Shown here: in pieces, positions 1 to 8,157 of the stretch
Layout of the letters: each line of letters opens with the position of its first letter
How positions within the stretch are numbered: position 1 is the stretch's first letter
Assembly (NCBI GenBank): GCA_045587385.1
Contig: JAZNCE010000007.1
Coordinates: forward strand, 1,090-65,089
Source of the DNA: Eubacteriales bacterium
GTDB taxonomy: Bacteria > Bacillota > Clostridia > Oscillospirales > CAG-272
DNA: 64,000 nt
Direction: 5' to 3'
The notes under the pieces: generated by a model
What the model was told of the DNA's origin: nothing
What the model saw: the letters and a program-made list of their open reading frames with translations, nothing else
The model's database searches: none
Position numbers and translations under genes: made by a program

Positions 1-259
1 CATTTTTAGGATATGCGGTAATCAAAAAAATCTTCTCATAAACTTCAAAATCCACATATATGACGCGAACGCTTCCGCTCTTCCCTCTTTGCTCGAAAGC
101 AAATCTCATTTTCCGAACGCCGCCCGTTCCTTTCATGACCGCACCGACCTTGGGATCTGACAAAAGTTCTTCCTGTAATCTTCTCAAATCATCATCGCTA
201 AGCCCCATTTCTTTCCATCTGGAACGAAAAATCGGCAGTTCTACAAATATTCTTGTCAT
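1..259 (-). CDS. RelE/ParE-superfamily type II toxin (HigB-2/COG4737-like), first 86 codons; the 3' end lies beyond the window start
   Basis: My own minus-strand translation from ATG 259-257 stays open to position 1: MTRIFVELPIFRSRWKEMGLSDDDLRRLQEELLSDPKVGAVMKGTGGVRKMRFAFEQRGKSGSVRVIYVDFEVYEKIFLITAYPKN. The GGxRKxR...GKSGxxRVIY...YxKN pattern is typical of this toxin family. It is missing from the ORF track because there is no stop codon in the window. Confidence 0.65.
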   Translation of the reverse strand, partial: MTRIFVELPIFRSRWKEMGLSDDDLRRLQEELLSDPKVGAVMKGTGGVRKMRFAFEQRGKSGSVRVIYVDFEVYEKIFLITAYPKN

Positions 260-292
260 ACATATCTTCTGTAATTCTGAACTTGCATATTT

Positions 293-321
293 ATTATACC
301 CTATTTAATAGGGTTTGTCAA
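293..321 (-). promoter_or_regulatory. sigma70-type promoter with a palindromic operator in the spacer, upstream of the toxin gene
   Basis: The minus strand reads TTGACA (321-316), 17 nt, TATAAT (298-293). The spacer holds a perfect 7-1-7 palindrome CCCTATT-A-AATAGGG (313-299). The toxin ATG lies 34 nt downstream of the -10. Confidence 0.6.
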
Positions 322-561
322 TACCCTGTCTTAAAAAAGAAACTATCACGAATCTTTTTTGGGATCATCGGTCGTTTTTGGGGGATGAACGGTATATGAC
401 TGCCCGATGACGGCATGGTATAATGACTTTGTATATCGATATATAGAGACAAAACCAAAGGACACATCAGTTAACCCCGTGCGTTCACACATTCTTTACA
501 AATAAATTTGTGCAAAGCACGATCTTTTTGCAGTCTTTTTGCGTCTATAAGGATAGAGGGA

Positions 562-590
562 TTGACATCCGCGAAGATCCCGTGTAAAAT
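562..590 (+). promoter_or_regulatory. sigma70-type promoter of the lipoprotein gene
   Basis: TTGACA (562-567), 17 nt, TAAAAT (585-590), about 35 nt upstream of ATG 625. Confidence 0.55.
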
Positions 591-624
591 ATAATAAAAT
601 AATCAAAAAAAGGAGCGAGACGAT

Positions 625-1062
625 ATGAAAAAAATACTTTGCCTAACACTGGTTCTGCTGCCGCTGCTCGGTTGCCTTGCAGCATGCAACATTACGCAAA
701 ATGCATCGGGCGCGATGGAAAAGCTGGCAGAATCCAAGCCTGCCACCGAGCAGATGCTGGCTGCGCTTGCACAGAGCAACGATACCGATGCAAAAAAGCT
801 GATGCACCCTGATGCAAAGGATGCAGACAACGGCATTGCCCAAATGACCGCTTTTCTGGCAGGCAGAGAGGCGCGCACAATTGAAGTGCAAAACGTCAAC
901 GTCAACACCTCTTCGGGTACCTCGGGCAAGATGCGGCAGGAGCAGGTCTCCTACAAGGTCACACTGTCTGATAACACCGTGATTTACATCAGCGCAGTGC
1001 ATCTGTCAAACAAAGCCGGCACGGGCTTTATCTCTTTCCAGCTGGTGCTGGGCGTGGTATAA
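625..1062 (+). CDS. small secreted lipoprotein, unknown function
   Basis: Signal peptide with lipobox (MKKILCLTLVLLPLLGCLAAC). AAAGGAG Shine-Dalgarno upstream. A terminator follows directly. Confidence 0.8.
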   Translation: MKKILCLTLVLLPLLGCLAACNITQNASGAMEKLAESKPATEQMLAALAQSNDTDAKKLMHPDAKDADNGIAQMTAFLAGREARTIEVQNVNVNTSSGTSGKMRQEQVSYKVTLSDNTVIYISAVHLSNKAGTGFISFQLVLGVV

Positions 1063-1074
1063 AGAAATATTACG

Positions 1075-1119
1075 GGCGGAGGGAATATTTGCAGGCAAAT
1101 ATTCCCTCTGCCCTTTTTG
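1075..1119 (+). terminator. rho-independent terminator
   Basis: A 16-bp stem GGCGGAGGGAATATTT / AAATATTCCCTCTGCC with a 6-nt loop, followed by CTTTTTG. Confidence 0.8.
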
Positions 1120-1181
1120 ATTGCTTTTTGCCCGGTGGCGGCAGGTTCGCCACGTGCGCGGTATCACGCCGTGTCGCATTG

Positions 1182-1253
1182 TGTATACACATTTGTATAC
1201 ACATTTTCCAAACTCCCCCCATTTTCACACATTTTCCAAACTTCCCCCATTTT
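1182..1253 (+). repeat. tandem direct repeats upstream of a promoter: 2 x 12 nt, then 2 x 27 nt
   Basis: TGTATACACATT occurs at 1182-1193 and 1194-1205; each copy contains the 8-nt palindrome TGTATACA. ACACATTTTCCAAACT(C/T)CCCCCATTTT occurs at 1199-1225 and 1227-1253. Confidence 0.7.
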
Positions 1254-1257
1254 TCGC

Positions 1258-1286
1258 TTTACAAATCCGAAAATATATGTTATAAT
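1258..1286 (+). promoter_or_regulatory. sigma70-type promoter of the membrane-protein gene
   Basis: TTTACA (1258-1263), 17 nt, TATAAT (1281-1286). Confidence 0.55.
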
Positions 1287-1323
1287 ATTGTGATTATGCC
1301 CATGCGCGAAAGGAGGCGGTGAC

Positions 1324-3087
1324 GTGAAAAAACAAAAAACGGCAGAAAGTACGCAAAGCAAATACGTTCTGCCCATATTCGCAGCCCTTTGCGCGCTGTT
1401 CGGCAGCGGTGCCATCATCGGCATCACGGTGCTTTCAAGCCCTGCGCTGCAATGGCGTTTGTTCACCGCGCTGCTCCCGGGATACGTCGTCTGCTTCGCG
1501 ACCGTCTTTCTCGTCGTACTGGGCTACGGCTCGATCTATAAGCCCATCGCCTACCTGACGCTCCCCGTGCTCTGCCTTGTCTGCGGTGTGCGCACGACCT
1601 TTATGTCCGCGCCTTACGTCAGTCCCTTGGCAATTGCATCGGTCTTTGCGATCCTTTGCGCTGTCTCGATCGCGGCAAGCATTTGGGCATTGCGCAAATT
1701 CCCCGAGCCTATGGGAAAATCGGGCAAAAAAATCCCCGCAGCGGTTTATGCCATCGCATGCACCGCGTTGGCAGCTGTCCTTTCGCTTGCATTGTATACA
1801 ATCCTGTTGCACAGCCGTCTGCAGACCCTGCAAACCGGCAACACCGCGCAGGCAGAGATCGGTCAGATGCTGTATTTCATGCAGCACAGCGGCATGCCCT
1901 TTACCACGCTGCTTACGGGCGAGCCGCAAAGCTATTTCGCCACCCAATTCGCGCCGCTCTGGTATCTGATCTTACCCGTATACCTGCTTTTCGGGCACAG
2001 CATGCTTGCCGTAGGCACAGCACTTTACGCGCTGATGCTGTCCGCACTTGTGCCGCTGTGGCGCATCTGCCGCAGGCACGCACTCACCCCTTGGCAGACC
2101 GCCGCTCTTTGCGCAGCGTGTGCGCTTTGCCCCTTGGTTGTGGGCGGCAGCTCGTCGGGCGGTGCGCTCTCCATGCTCTCCCTGCCCCTGATCCTTTGGA
2201 TTGCCGATGCATCCCAAGGCAAGCACCCCTATCTTGCACTCATTCCTCTCGCCCTTTGCCTTTGCATCGGGTTTGAGGTCAGCGTATGGACAAGCTTTGT
2301 CTGCCTTTATCTGGCACTCAGTGCCACCGCAGAGCGCAGACGCGCAAGTATCGTTTGCACCGTCGCAGCGTTTTCCGCAACCGCTGCAACCGCCGTCTAT
2401 CTTGCCATTGCAGGCAGCCCCGTGATGACCGAGCTGTTTTTGGGCATTGGCTTGCAGGCAGGACAAAAGCTGCTGTTCTTTATGCTTTTATTGGCACCCT
2501 TTGCACTTCTGCCCCTGCTTTGCAAGCAGAAAGCCGCACTCGTGCTTCTCTTCCCCTTGGTACTTTTCCACATAGTTGCAAACGCAGCCGTTTACAGCGG
2601 CATATTCTGCACCTACGCATTTCCTGCCGTGGCAGCCGCCGCGCTGCTATCGGTCAAGGGACTTGCAAGCCTGCGCACCGAGATCAAGGGCGTTTCCCTT
2701 GCCCGCCTGCTCCCCGCGCTTGCGCTTTGTGCCGCCATGCTGTTGGCAACGCCTTACGCGGCAACGCTGCACTCTTTGTACGTCAAGACCGACGCGCAAG
2801 CAGAAACAGACGCATCCCGCATGCACGAGCTGCTGGACGCTCTGCCCGAAAATGCTGCCGTGAGCGCATCCGACAGCTTACTTGCAGCACTTTGCGATCG
2901 CACGTGGCTGTTCTCTTTGGACGCGCAACCCGAAAGTCCTGCGACCAACGTCATCGTACTGGATCTGCGCGAGGAATTCACCACCTCGGACACCGAGCAA
3001 TACGGCGTTGCGTATTATCAATCTCAGGGATACACCTTGCGTGACGACCTCTCACAGGCAGGCATTCTCGCAGTGCTGTTCAAGTGA
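1324..3087 (+). CDS. large polytopic membrane protein, tentatively DUF2079-like (glycosyltransferase-type fold suspected)
   Basis: GTG start 5 nt after AAAGGAGG. 587 aa. It is hydrophobic through most of its length and has a soluble C-terminal domain of about 110 aa. The family assignment is by resemblance only. Confidence 0.75.
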   Translation: MKKQKTAESTQSKYVLPIFAALCALFGSGAIIGITVLSSPALQWRLFTALLPGYVVCFATVFLVVLGYGSIYKPIAYLTLPVLCLVCGVRTTFMSAPYVSPLAIASVFAILCAVSIAASIWALRKFPEPMGKSGKKIPAAVYAIACTALAAVLSLALYTILLHSRLQTLQTGNTAQAEIGQMLYFMQHSGMPFTTLLTGEPQSYFATQFAPLWYLILPVYLLFGHSMLAVGTALYALMLSALVPLWRICRRHALTPWQTAALCAACALCPLVVGGSSSGGALSMLSLPLILWIADASQGKHPYLALIPLALCLCIGFEVSVWTSFVCLYLALSATAERRRASIVCTVAAFSATAATAVYLAIAGSPVMTELFLGIGLQAGQKLLFFMLLLAPFALLPLLCKQKAALVLLFPLVLFHIVANAAVYSGIFCTYAFPAVAAAALLSVKGLASLRTEIKGVSLARLLPALALCAAMLLATPYAATLHSLYVKTDAQAETDASRMHELLDALPENAAVSASDSLLAALCDRTWLFSLDAQPESPATNVIVLDLREEFTTSDTEQYGVAYYQSQGYTLRDDLSQAGILAVLFK

Positions 3088-3146
3088 CGCGCACGTAGCC
3101 CATCTTTCGTAATAAAAAAATTCTATATAAAGGTTAGGTAAAAACA

Positions 3147-4253
3147 ATGATAGTTGCACTCGAAGAGGCAAGACTTGCCTTAGTGAATATGAGAGCGGAC
3201 CTCAAGGAACTTGGCGAGCAGCTCAAGATCGAGCAGGCGCGCGCCACCGTTGAGGAACTGGAGCAGCAGACCTCCGATCCCGCTTTTTGGAACAACCAGG
3301 AAAAATCCTCCAAGGTTCTGCAGACCATCAAGCAGCAAAAGGACAAGATTGAGAGCTACGAGGCTCTCTGCACCCGTCTTGAGGACGCGGTCGTGCTTGC
3401 CGAAATGGCAATCGATGAAAACGACGAAAGCTGCGTAGAGGAAGTACAAAGCGAGCTTTCCGAGATCACCGCAATTGCGGAAAAGAAGCGCACCGAGGTA
3501 CTGCTCTCGGGCGAATACGACAGAAATAACGCCATCATTTCCTTCCACCCCGGCGCAGGCGGCACCGAGGCACAGGACTGGTGCCAGATGCTTTACCGCA
3601 TGATCAACCGCTGGTGCGAGGCAAACGGCTTTAAGGTCAAGCTGACCGACTGGCTGGACGGTGACGACGCGGGTCTGAAATCCGCCACCATTTTCGTAGA
3701 GGGCGAGAACGCTTACGGCTTCTTAAAGAGCGAAAACGGCGTGCACAGACTGGTGCGCGTTTCCCCCTTTGACTCCGCAGGACGCAGACAGACCTCGTTT
3801 GCTTCCATCGAAGTTATGCCCGAATTTGACAAGCTGGACGACGTGGTCGTACGTGAAGAGGACTACGATTTCGTAACCTTCCACTCCAGCGGTGCGGGCG
3901 GTCAGAACATCAACAAGGTATCCTCTGCAGTCCGTCTGATCCATAAGCCCACGGGCATCGTGGTCGCTTGTCAGACCGAGCGTTCGCAGCTGCAGAACAA
4001 GGAAACCGCTATGCGCATGCTGAAATCCAAGCTCATGGAGATCAAGATCAAGGAAAGACTTGACACCATTGACGAGATCAAGGGCAACAAGACCAAGATC
4101 GAATGGGGCTCTCAGATCCGCTCCTACGTTTTCATGCCCTACACCTTGGTCAAGGACCTGCGCACCGGCTTTGAAACCGGTGATGTGGAAGCCGTGATGG
4201 ACGGTGAGCTGGACGGCTTTATCAACGCATATCTGAAATCCATTTCTCAATAA
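3147..4253 (+). CDS. prfB: peptide chain release factor 2
   Basis: SPF tripeptide (RVSPFDSAGRRQTSFA) and GGQ motif (SGAGGQNINKV). It aligns along its full length with known RF2 proteins. It is a single uninterrupted ORF with no in-frame UGA near codon 25. Confidence 0.95.
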   Translation: MIVALEEARLALVNMRADLKELGEQLKIEQARATVEELEQQTSDPAFWNNQEKSSKVLQTIKQQKDKIESYEALCTRLEDAVVLAEMAIDENDESCVEEVQSELSEITAIAEKKRTEVLLSGEYDRNNAIISFHPGAGGTEAQDWCQMLYRMINRWCEANGFKVKLTDWLDGDDAGLKSATIFVEGENAYGFLKSENGVHRLVRVSPFDSAGRRQTSFASIEVMPEFDKLDDVVVREEDYDFVTFHSSGAGGQNINKVSSAVRLIHKPTGIVVACQTERSQLQNKETAMRMLKSKLMEIKIKERLDTIDEIKGNKTKIEWGSQIRSYVFMPYTLVKDLRTGFETGDVEAVMDGELDGFINAYLKSISQ

Positions 4254-4292
4254 AATCAATAAAAACGCCGCAAAGGCACACGGGAGGCATCT

Positions 4293-5900
4293 ATGAAGAC
4301 GATTTTCACCGCACAAAGAGCAAAAGCATCCGATCTTTACACAGTAACCAACTGCAACGTTTCCGATCAACAGCTCATCCATGCTGCTGCCTGCGCCGTT
4401 CTGGACGCAATGCAGACTGAGAATTACGATCTGCGCAAGCCCTTGATCCTGTGTGGCAGCGGCAACAACGGCGCCGACGGCTTTGAGCTGGCATGCCTGC
4501 TGCAAAAGGCAGGAGCTACCGCCAAGGTGCTGTATCTCGGTGCGCTCTACGAGCAGCCCGAGCCCGCTAAGAAAAAGCCCCAAAAGAAGGACGCTCCCGT
4601 GCCCGAGATCAATCCTGCACTGATCGGCACGCCCAACAAGGAATGCATGAGTGAGGAATGCCTTTCTCACTACGAAAAGGCTTTGGCACAAGGCATTCCC
4701 GTATTGACCGAGCTGCCTGCAGAAATGGACGAGATCTCTCTGTTCGTGGACGCGGTTTACGGAACGGGCATGCACGGCGAGATCAAGGACGCACGCGTTT
4801 GCAGCACCTTTGATGCAGTAAATGCAAGTGAGATCCCCGTCATTGCCATCGACGTTCCCTCCGGTGTTGCTTGCGACAGCGGTGCCGTAGGTGCACATGC
4901 GCTGTGCGCCGCGCATACCGTCACCATGCAGCACGCAAAGCCCGGTATTCTGCTCTATCCCGGTGCGGAATACGCCGGCAAGATCACGGTTGCCGACATC
5001 GGCATTGAAAACAATCCCACGCTGGAAGCGCCCACCGTGCAAGCCGTGCAGGACGAGGATCTTGACACGCTGCTCCCCGCACGCCCCGCGCGCTCCAACA
5101 AGGGCACGTTTGGCAAGGTGCTGATCGTGGGCGGTGCTCCCGGCATGGCAGGTGCCGTTTACCTTGCCGCTATGGCGGCGTATCGCGCAGGTGCAGGGCT
5201 GATTGAAATTCTGACCCACACCAAGAATCGCACCATTCTGCAGCAGCTGGTTCCCGAAGCTGTGCTGAGCTGCTACGCAGACAAATCCCAGCTCAAAAAG
5301 GCGATCAAGACCTCCGTGGACAAAGCCGATGCCATTGTGCTTGGCTGCGGTGCAGGTCGTTCCAAGCTCTCTTCCCTTGCCGTGAAGTACGTATTGAACA
5401 ACGCAAAGGTGCCCTGCGTGGTGGATGCCGACGCGCTCAACGTCATTGCAAATAAGCAGGGGCTTCTCAAGGGCGTCAGCAAAAAGCAAAAGCCGCAGGT
5501 CATCATCACCCCTCACCCCGTGGAAGCGGCAAGACTGCTGGATAAAAAGACGGACGCAGACAAGGTGCTTGCCAACGTAGTTCTTGCGGCAGAGCAGCTT
5601 TGCGACAAATACAAGGTCAACGTGCTGCTCAAGGATGCACGTACGCTGATCCTCTCGCACGATAAGAATACCCGCTATATCAATCTCTCGGGCAGCACCG
5701 CGCTTGCGGGCGCAGGCTCGGGCGACATTCTCGCGGGATACATCGGCGGTCTTTGTGCAGCCGAGACCAACACGCAGCCCGTTGCCACCACCGCTGCTCT
5801 TGCGGCATATATGCACGGCAAGGCAGGCGAGCGCGCCGAGGAAACGGTTGGCGCACGTGCCGCAATGGCAAGAGATATTCTCCAAGAACTGAAAAAATAA
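4293..5900 (+). CDS. nnr: bifunctional NAD(P)H-hydrate epimerase / ADP-dependent NAD(P)H-hydrate dehydratase
   Basis: The N-terminal YjeF_N domain has the motif LILCGSGNNGADGF. The C-terminal carbohydrate-kinase-like domain has KGTFGKVLIVGG...GMAGA and GSGDILAG. Confidence 0.9.
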   Translation: MKTIFTAQRAKASDLYTVTNCNVSDQQLIHAAACAVLDAMQTENYDLRKPLILCGSGNNGADGFELACLLQKAGATAKVLYLGALYEQPEPAKKKPQKKDAPVPEINPALIGTPNKECMSEECLSHYEKALAQGIPVLTELPAEMDEISLFVDAVYGTGMHGEIKDARVCSTFDAVNASEIPVIAIDVPSGVACDSGAVGAHALCAAHTVTMQHAKPGILLYPGAEYAGKITVADIGIENNPTLEAPTVQAVQDEDLDTLLPARPARSNKGTFGKVLIVGGAPGMAGAVYLAAMAAYRAGAGLIEILTHTKNRTILQQLVPEAVLSCYADKSQLKKAIKTSVDKADAIVLGCGAGRSKLSSLAVKYVLNNAKVPCVVDADALNVIANKQGLLKGVSKKQKPQVIITPHPVEAARLLDKKTDADKVLANVVLAAEQLCDKYKVNVLLKDARTLILSHDKNTRYINLSGSTALAGAGSGDILAGYIGGLCAAETNTQPVATTAALAAYMHGKAGERAEETVGARAAMARDILQELKK

Positions 5901-5911
5901 CGCATCATACT

Positions 5912-5942
5912 AAAAGGAACACCGCTTGGCGGTGTTCCTTTT
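5912..5942. terminator. bidirectional rho-independent terminator between convergent genes
   Basis: AAAAGGAACACCGC-TTG-GCGGTGTTCCTTTT: a perfect stem flanked by an A-run and a T-run. Confidence 0.8.
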
Positions 5943-5957
5943 GCTTGATTTATTAGC

Positions 5958-8048
5958 TCATTTCAGAGCAAAGCTCTTGACGTACATCACGTCGCCTACC
6001 TGACATTGATCCATATAGTCGATGCGGATGCTGTGAATATCGCCCTTCCAGAAGGCGGCACCCGACAGATCCACCTCGGCGGTATGGTATTCGCCGTCCG
6101 CGATCAGCGAAACGCGGATCATGGCGTTCGGATTCGGCGCGGTTACGTCACCCACGCAGATAAACAGATCCATGACGTTGTTGCTCGGGCTGTTGCTCTT
6201 TGGCAGCATATACACGATTTCGATCTTGCTGTAATCCTTTGCCTTGAAGGCATCCCCCAGCGAAACCGTCACGTGCGGATCGACTCCGGTTACGTACAGC
6301 AGCGTTCCCTGCTCGGCAGATTGGAACTTGACCTGCGTGTTACCGGTCGGAATAACCAAGGTAGCATCCGCTTTGGTGGTCAGATCCAGCACAGGCTCGG
6401 TCTTGATCTCGGGAGCTTGCTCCTCCGGCCCTCTTTCGGGAATCGGATCGGTGCCGTTGTAATAGTATTCGTTGAACACCTCTGTGCTGTCCGGAATGCG
6501 CATGGACTGCGCGTGATTCTGCAGCGAAGCGTTATCGGCAAAATCGCGGTATGCCGTAAACAGGTCACGCAGCTCGGGCACCGTGCCGGTTGCAATCAGA
6601 TAGCTGTATGCAATGGGCTCAAAGGAATGCATGGTCAAGTTCATCAAAGGGGCTACGTAATTGGTAGAGGCAGCCTTGGCGTCCTTGGCGTTATCAAACT
6701 GATAGCAGCCCGCCTTAAAGGCATCGACACCGGGCACGAACAAGCCGATGCCGTAGCCGTCGGTGGGATTGGTCCAGGCACACCACGATTCGGTGTTAGA
6801 CTCACGCAGGCGGAAATAACAATCGCCCACCCAGAGGTGATCCCCCCAGAATTTAAGGTCGTTGCGGTAAGAGAGCGTATCCCCCGTCCAGGGCTCGGTA
6901 CCGTTATAGAAGGTAAATGCGCTCAGATAGCTGACCGTATAGAACGCGGGCAGCTCCTGCTCGGTCAGGCGGTGCGTCCAGTTCGAAAAGTCCACGAAGC
7001 GGTTGTCAACCTCAATGCGGTCGGCATACAGCGTATAGGCGTTTTCCATATAGGCGGGCGTCAGATAGTTTTCCTTTGCCCAATCCATTGCCTGCGCCTT
7101 GACGTATACCGATTGCGCGGTGACGACGATATCAATGATGCGGCTGTGGTTGAGGTACTTATCGCCGCCCTGAATGGGGTTATAGCACCATTGGCTGCCG
7201 TTGAATTCACCGGGCTCGAACTCGTCGTTGCGCACCACGCCGTAGTAGGATTGCTGGATCAGACGCCCCGTATCGGCTTGATTGACCAGATTGCCAAGCC
7301 CCTTGATCTCGCATTGCTTATCCAGCAGATAATTGACGCCGCCGCCCCAGGCAAGACGAATGCCCAGCTTATAGCGGCTGTTTTCGATATAATACGTGTC
7401 CATATCCTCGGCGTACACGGGGTAATCCTGCACGCGCAGCACGCAAAGCGCAAATTCCGTGGGCTGATCGTTGCAGCTCTCAAAGGTCATGCAATGAATT
7501 TCCTTGCCCTTCTTGCCGTCCAGATATTGACCGATCACGCAGGAAAAGGTATCCGTGCCCGCTTCCAAGTAAAAATCGTCGGTCACGCGCTTGCCGTCAA
7601 CCGTATACGTCACCGTACCGTATAAGGGCTGCGTGGAAACGTAGCCGATCGTAAATCGGTTAAATGCATCAGCCGTCAACGCGGTGTCAAACGTAAGCTT
7701 CAATCCCGTGGTAAAATGCAGCATATTGCCTGCAAGCGAGGTATAGCCGCTTGCAAGGTAGCTCAGCCCGTCCTTGTGCGTCACGCGCGCACCGCCGTCT
7801 TGCTCGGCAATCGTCACGGCTGCGTCAAAGGTCAGCTGCTCGCGCACGGCTTTGACGACCTCGCCATCAGGCACGTCGGGCGTATCGGCTGCGGTGGTAT
7901 CCTCCGCGTCGGGCTGTGTGCCGCTTTCCGTGCTGCCGCTTGTTTCCTCGTCCGGCTGCTCGGGTGTCGAGGGCGTGCACGCCACCATTCCCAAAACCAT
8001 AGTTCCTGCCAGTAAAAGCGGCAAAAGCATCTGCAAAAATTTGCGCAT
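5958..8048 (-). CDS. large secreted lipoprotein (about 696 aa), unknown function
   Basis: Lipobox LLAGTMVLGMVAC is followed by an acidic S/T/P/E/D-rich linker. I chose the start at 8048 (MRKF), 7 nt after AGGAGG; 8054 is the alternative. No catalytic motif recognised. Confidence 0.8.
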   Translation of the reverse strand: MRKFLQMLLPLLLAGTMVLGMVACTPSTPEQPDEETSGSTESGTQPDAEDTTAADTPDVPDGEVVKAVREQLTFDAAVTIAEQDGGARVTHKDGLSYLASGYTSLAGNMLHFTTGLKLTFDTALTADAFNRFTIGYVSTQPLYGTVTYTVDGKRVTDDFYLEAGTDTFSCVIGQYLDGKKGKEIHCMTFESCNDQPTEFALCVLRVQDYPVYAEDMDTYYIENSRYKLGIRLAWGGGVNYLLDKQCEIKGLGNLVNQADTGRLIQQSYYGVVRNDEFEPGEFNGSQWCYNPIQGGDKYLNHSRIIDIVVTAQSVYVKAQAMDWAKENYLTPAYMENAYTLYADRIEVDNRFVDFSNWTHRLTEQELPAFYTVSYLSAFTFYNGTEPWTGDTLSYRNDLKFWGDHLWVGDCYFRLRESNTESWCAWTNPTDGYGIGLFVPGVDAFKAGCYQFDNAKDAKAASTNYVAPLMNLTMHSFEPIAYSYLIATGTVPELRDLFTAYRDFADNASLQNHAQSMRIPDSTEVFNEYYYNGTDPIPERGPEEQAPEIKTEPVLDLTTKADATLVIPTGNTQVKFQSAEQGTLLYVTGVDPHVTVSLGDAFKAKDYSKIEIVYMLPKSNSPSNNVMDLFICVGDVTAPNPNAMIRVSLIADGEYHTAEVDLSGAAFWKGDIHSIRIDYMDQCQVGDVMYVKSFALK

Positions 8049-8076
8049 ATTCATTCCTCCTTGGAGTCTTTTGCAT

Positions 8077-8105
8077 ATTATACCATAAAATACGGCATTT
8101 GTACA
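8077..8105 (-). promoter_or_regulatory. extended -10 promoter of the large lipoprotein gene
   Basis: The minus strand reads TGTACA, 17 nt, TGGTATAAT-type -10 (TATAAT at 8082-8077). Confidence 0.45.
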
Positions 8106-8117
8106 GAGGAAAAATAC

Positions 8118-8143
8118 AAAAAGCACCCCGCGGGGTGCTTTTT
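8118..8143 (-). terminator. rho-independent terminator after the sigma/anti-sigma operon
   Basis: AAAAAGCACCCCGCGGGGTGCTTTTT, a perfect GC-rich hairpin with flanking A and T runs. Confidence 0.8.
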
Positions 8144-8157
8144 GCTATCATATTTGA

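Noticed and set aside
60-308. An 82-aa plus-strand ORF at the left edge.
   Set aside because: It is antisense to the RelE/HigB-like toxin reading frame, which has a clear family signature and a consensus promoter. The plus-strand product has no motif and no Shine-Dalgarno site.
3723-5885. A 720-aa minus-strand ORF, together with similar long antisense ORFs: 6006-7625(+), 11722-12669(+), 12669-13706(+), 15403-16275(+), 16533-17363(+), 18304-19887(-), 20467-21996(-), 23809-26046(-), 31930-33360(+), 33348-34931(+), 47865-48767(+), 48704-49675(+), 49581-50924(+), 50937-52439(+), 52622-54154(+), 54690-55781(-), 57695-58858(-) and 58859-60337(-).
   Set aside because: These are shadow ORFs, typical of GC-rich coding DNA. 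Each lies opposite a gene with unambiguous catalytic or family motifs. Their products are Arg/Gly/His/Ala-rich and low in complexity, with no recognisable domains or ribosome-binding sites.
8055-8117. An ECF-type promoter upstream of the large lipoprotein gene that would link it to the adjacent sigma factor.
   Set aside because: The gap contains a housekeeping-type TGTACA-17-TGGTATAAT promoter. I could not see an AAC...CGT-like ECF motif.
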